Positions 63,877 to 64,000 of a stretch of DNA of 64,000 nt are shown one piece after another. The stretch spans positions 4,712,001 to 4,776,000 of the forward strand of contig OZ176053.1 of the NCBI GenBank assembly GCA_964247055.1. The letters run 5' to 3'. A program made the position numbers and the translations under genes. The notes below the pieces were generated by a model. The model was not told the origin of the DNA. It saw only the letters and a program-made list of their open reading frames with translations, and did not search any database. Source of the DNA: Paragordius varius. Taxonomy: Eukaryota > Animalia > Nematomorpha. Each line of letters opens with the position of its first letter. Positions within the stretch are counted from its first letter, which is position 1.

Positions 63877-64000
63877 CTAAAACAATATAGTTACTTATTT
63901 TACAGTTAAAAATAAGAATGTATTGTAAACATCTCGTTTACAAGAAGCATAAACAATTTAGTTTTTTAGTATTATATATATGTCGTAAAAACAATGTGTC

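Overview
This is AT-rich, intron-containing animal (metazoan) genomic DNA; the species cannot be determined from the sequence alone. I assembled the exons by hand from splice sites and reading-frame phase. Five protein-coding genes are supported: the 3' end of an orphan gene (+, <1-1200), a 5-exon UNC-93-like MFS membrane protein (-, 2927-9107), a 31-exon dual oxidase Duox (-, 13249-47540, about 1868 aa), a 16-exon SARA/ZFYVE9-like FYVE protein (+, 52002-59551), and the 3' part of an orphan coiled-coil gene (-, 60365->63876). Two observations stand out. (1) The SARA gene reads through only if three GT-AG introns of exactly 23 nt are spliced (52161-52183, 52290-52312, 57945-57967), while other introns in the window run from 44 nt to 15.7 kb. 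(2) The Duox intron between the first two EF-hand exons holds a 15,264-bp Helitron-bounded tandem array (19833-35096) with 16 copies of the 5' TC terminus, a single hairpin+CTAG 3' terminus, and nested repeat periods of about 180, 480-575, 1020, 2076 and 6377 bp. Introns and intergenic DNA also carry a Mos1-like mariner relic, two piggyBac-type MITE copies, a hAT MITE with a perfect 8-bp TSD, a foldback element, and a Penelope-like retroelement with an inverted arm and a hammerhead-like motif. I found no rRNA, tRNA or CRISPR array.
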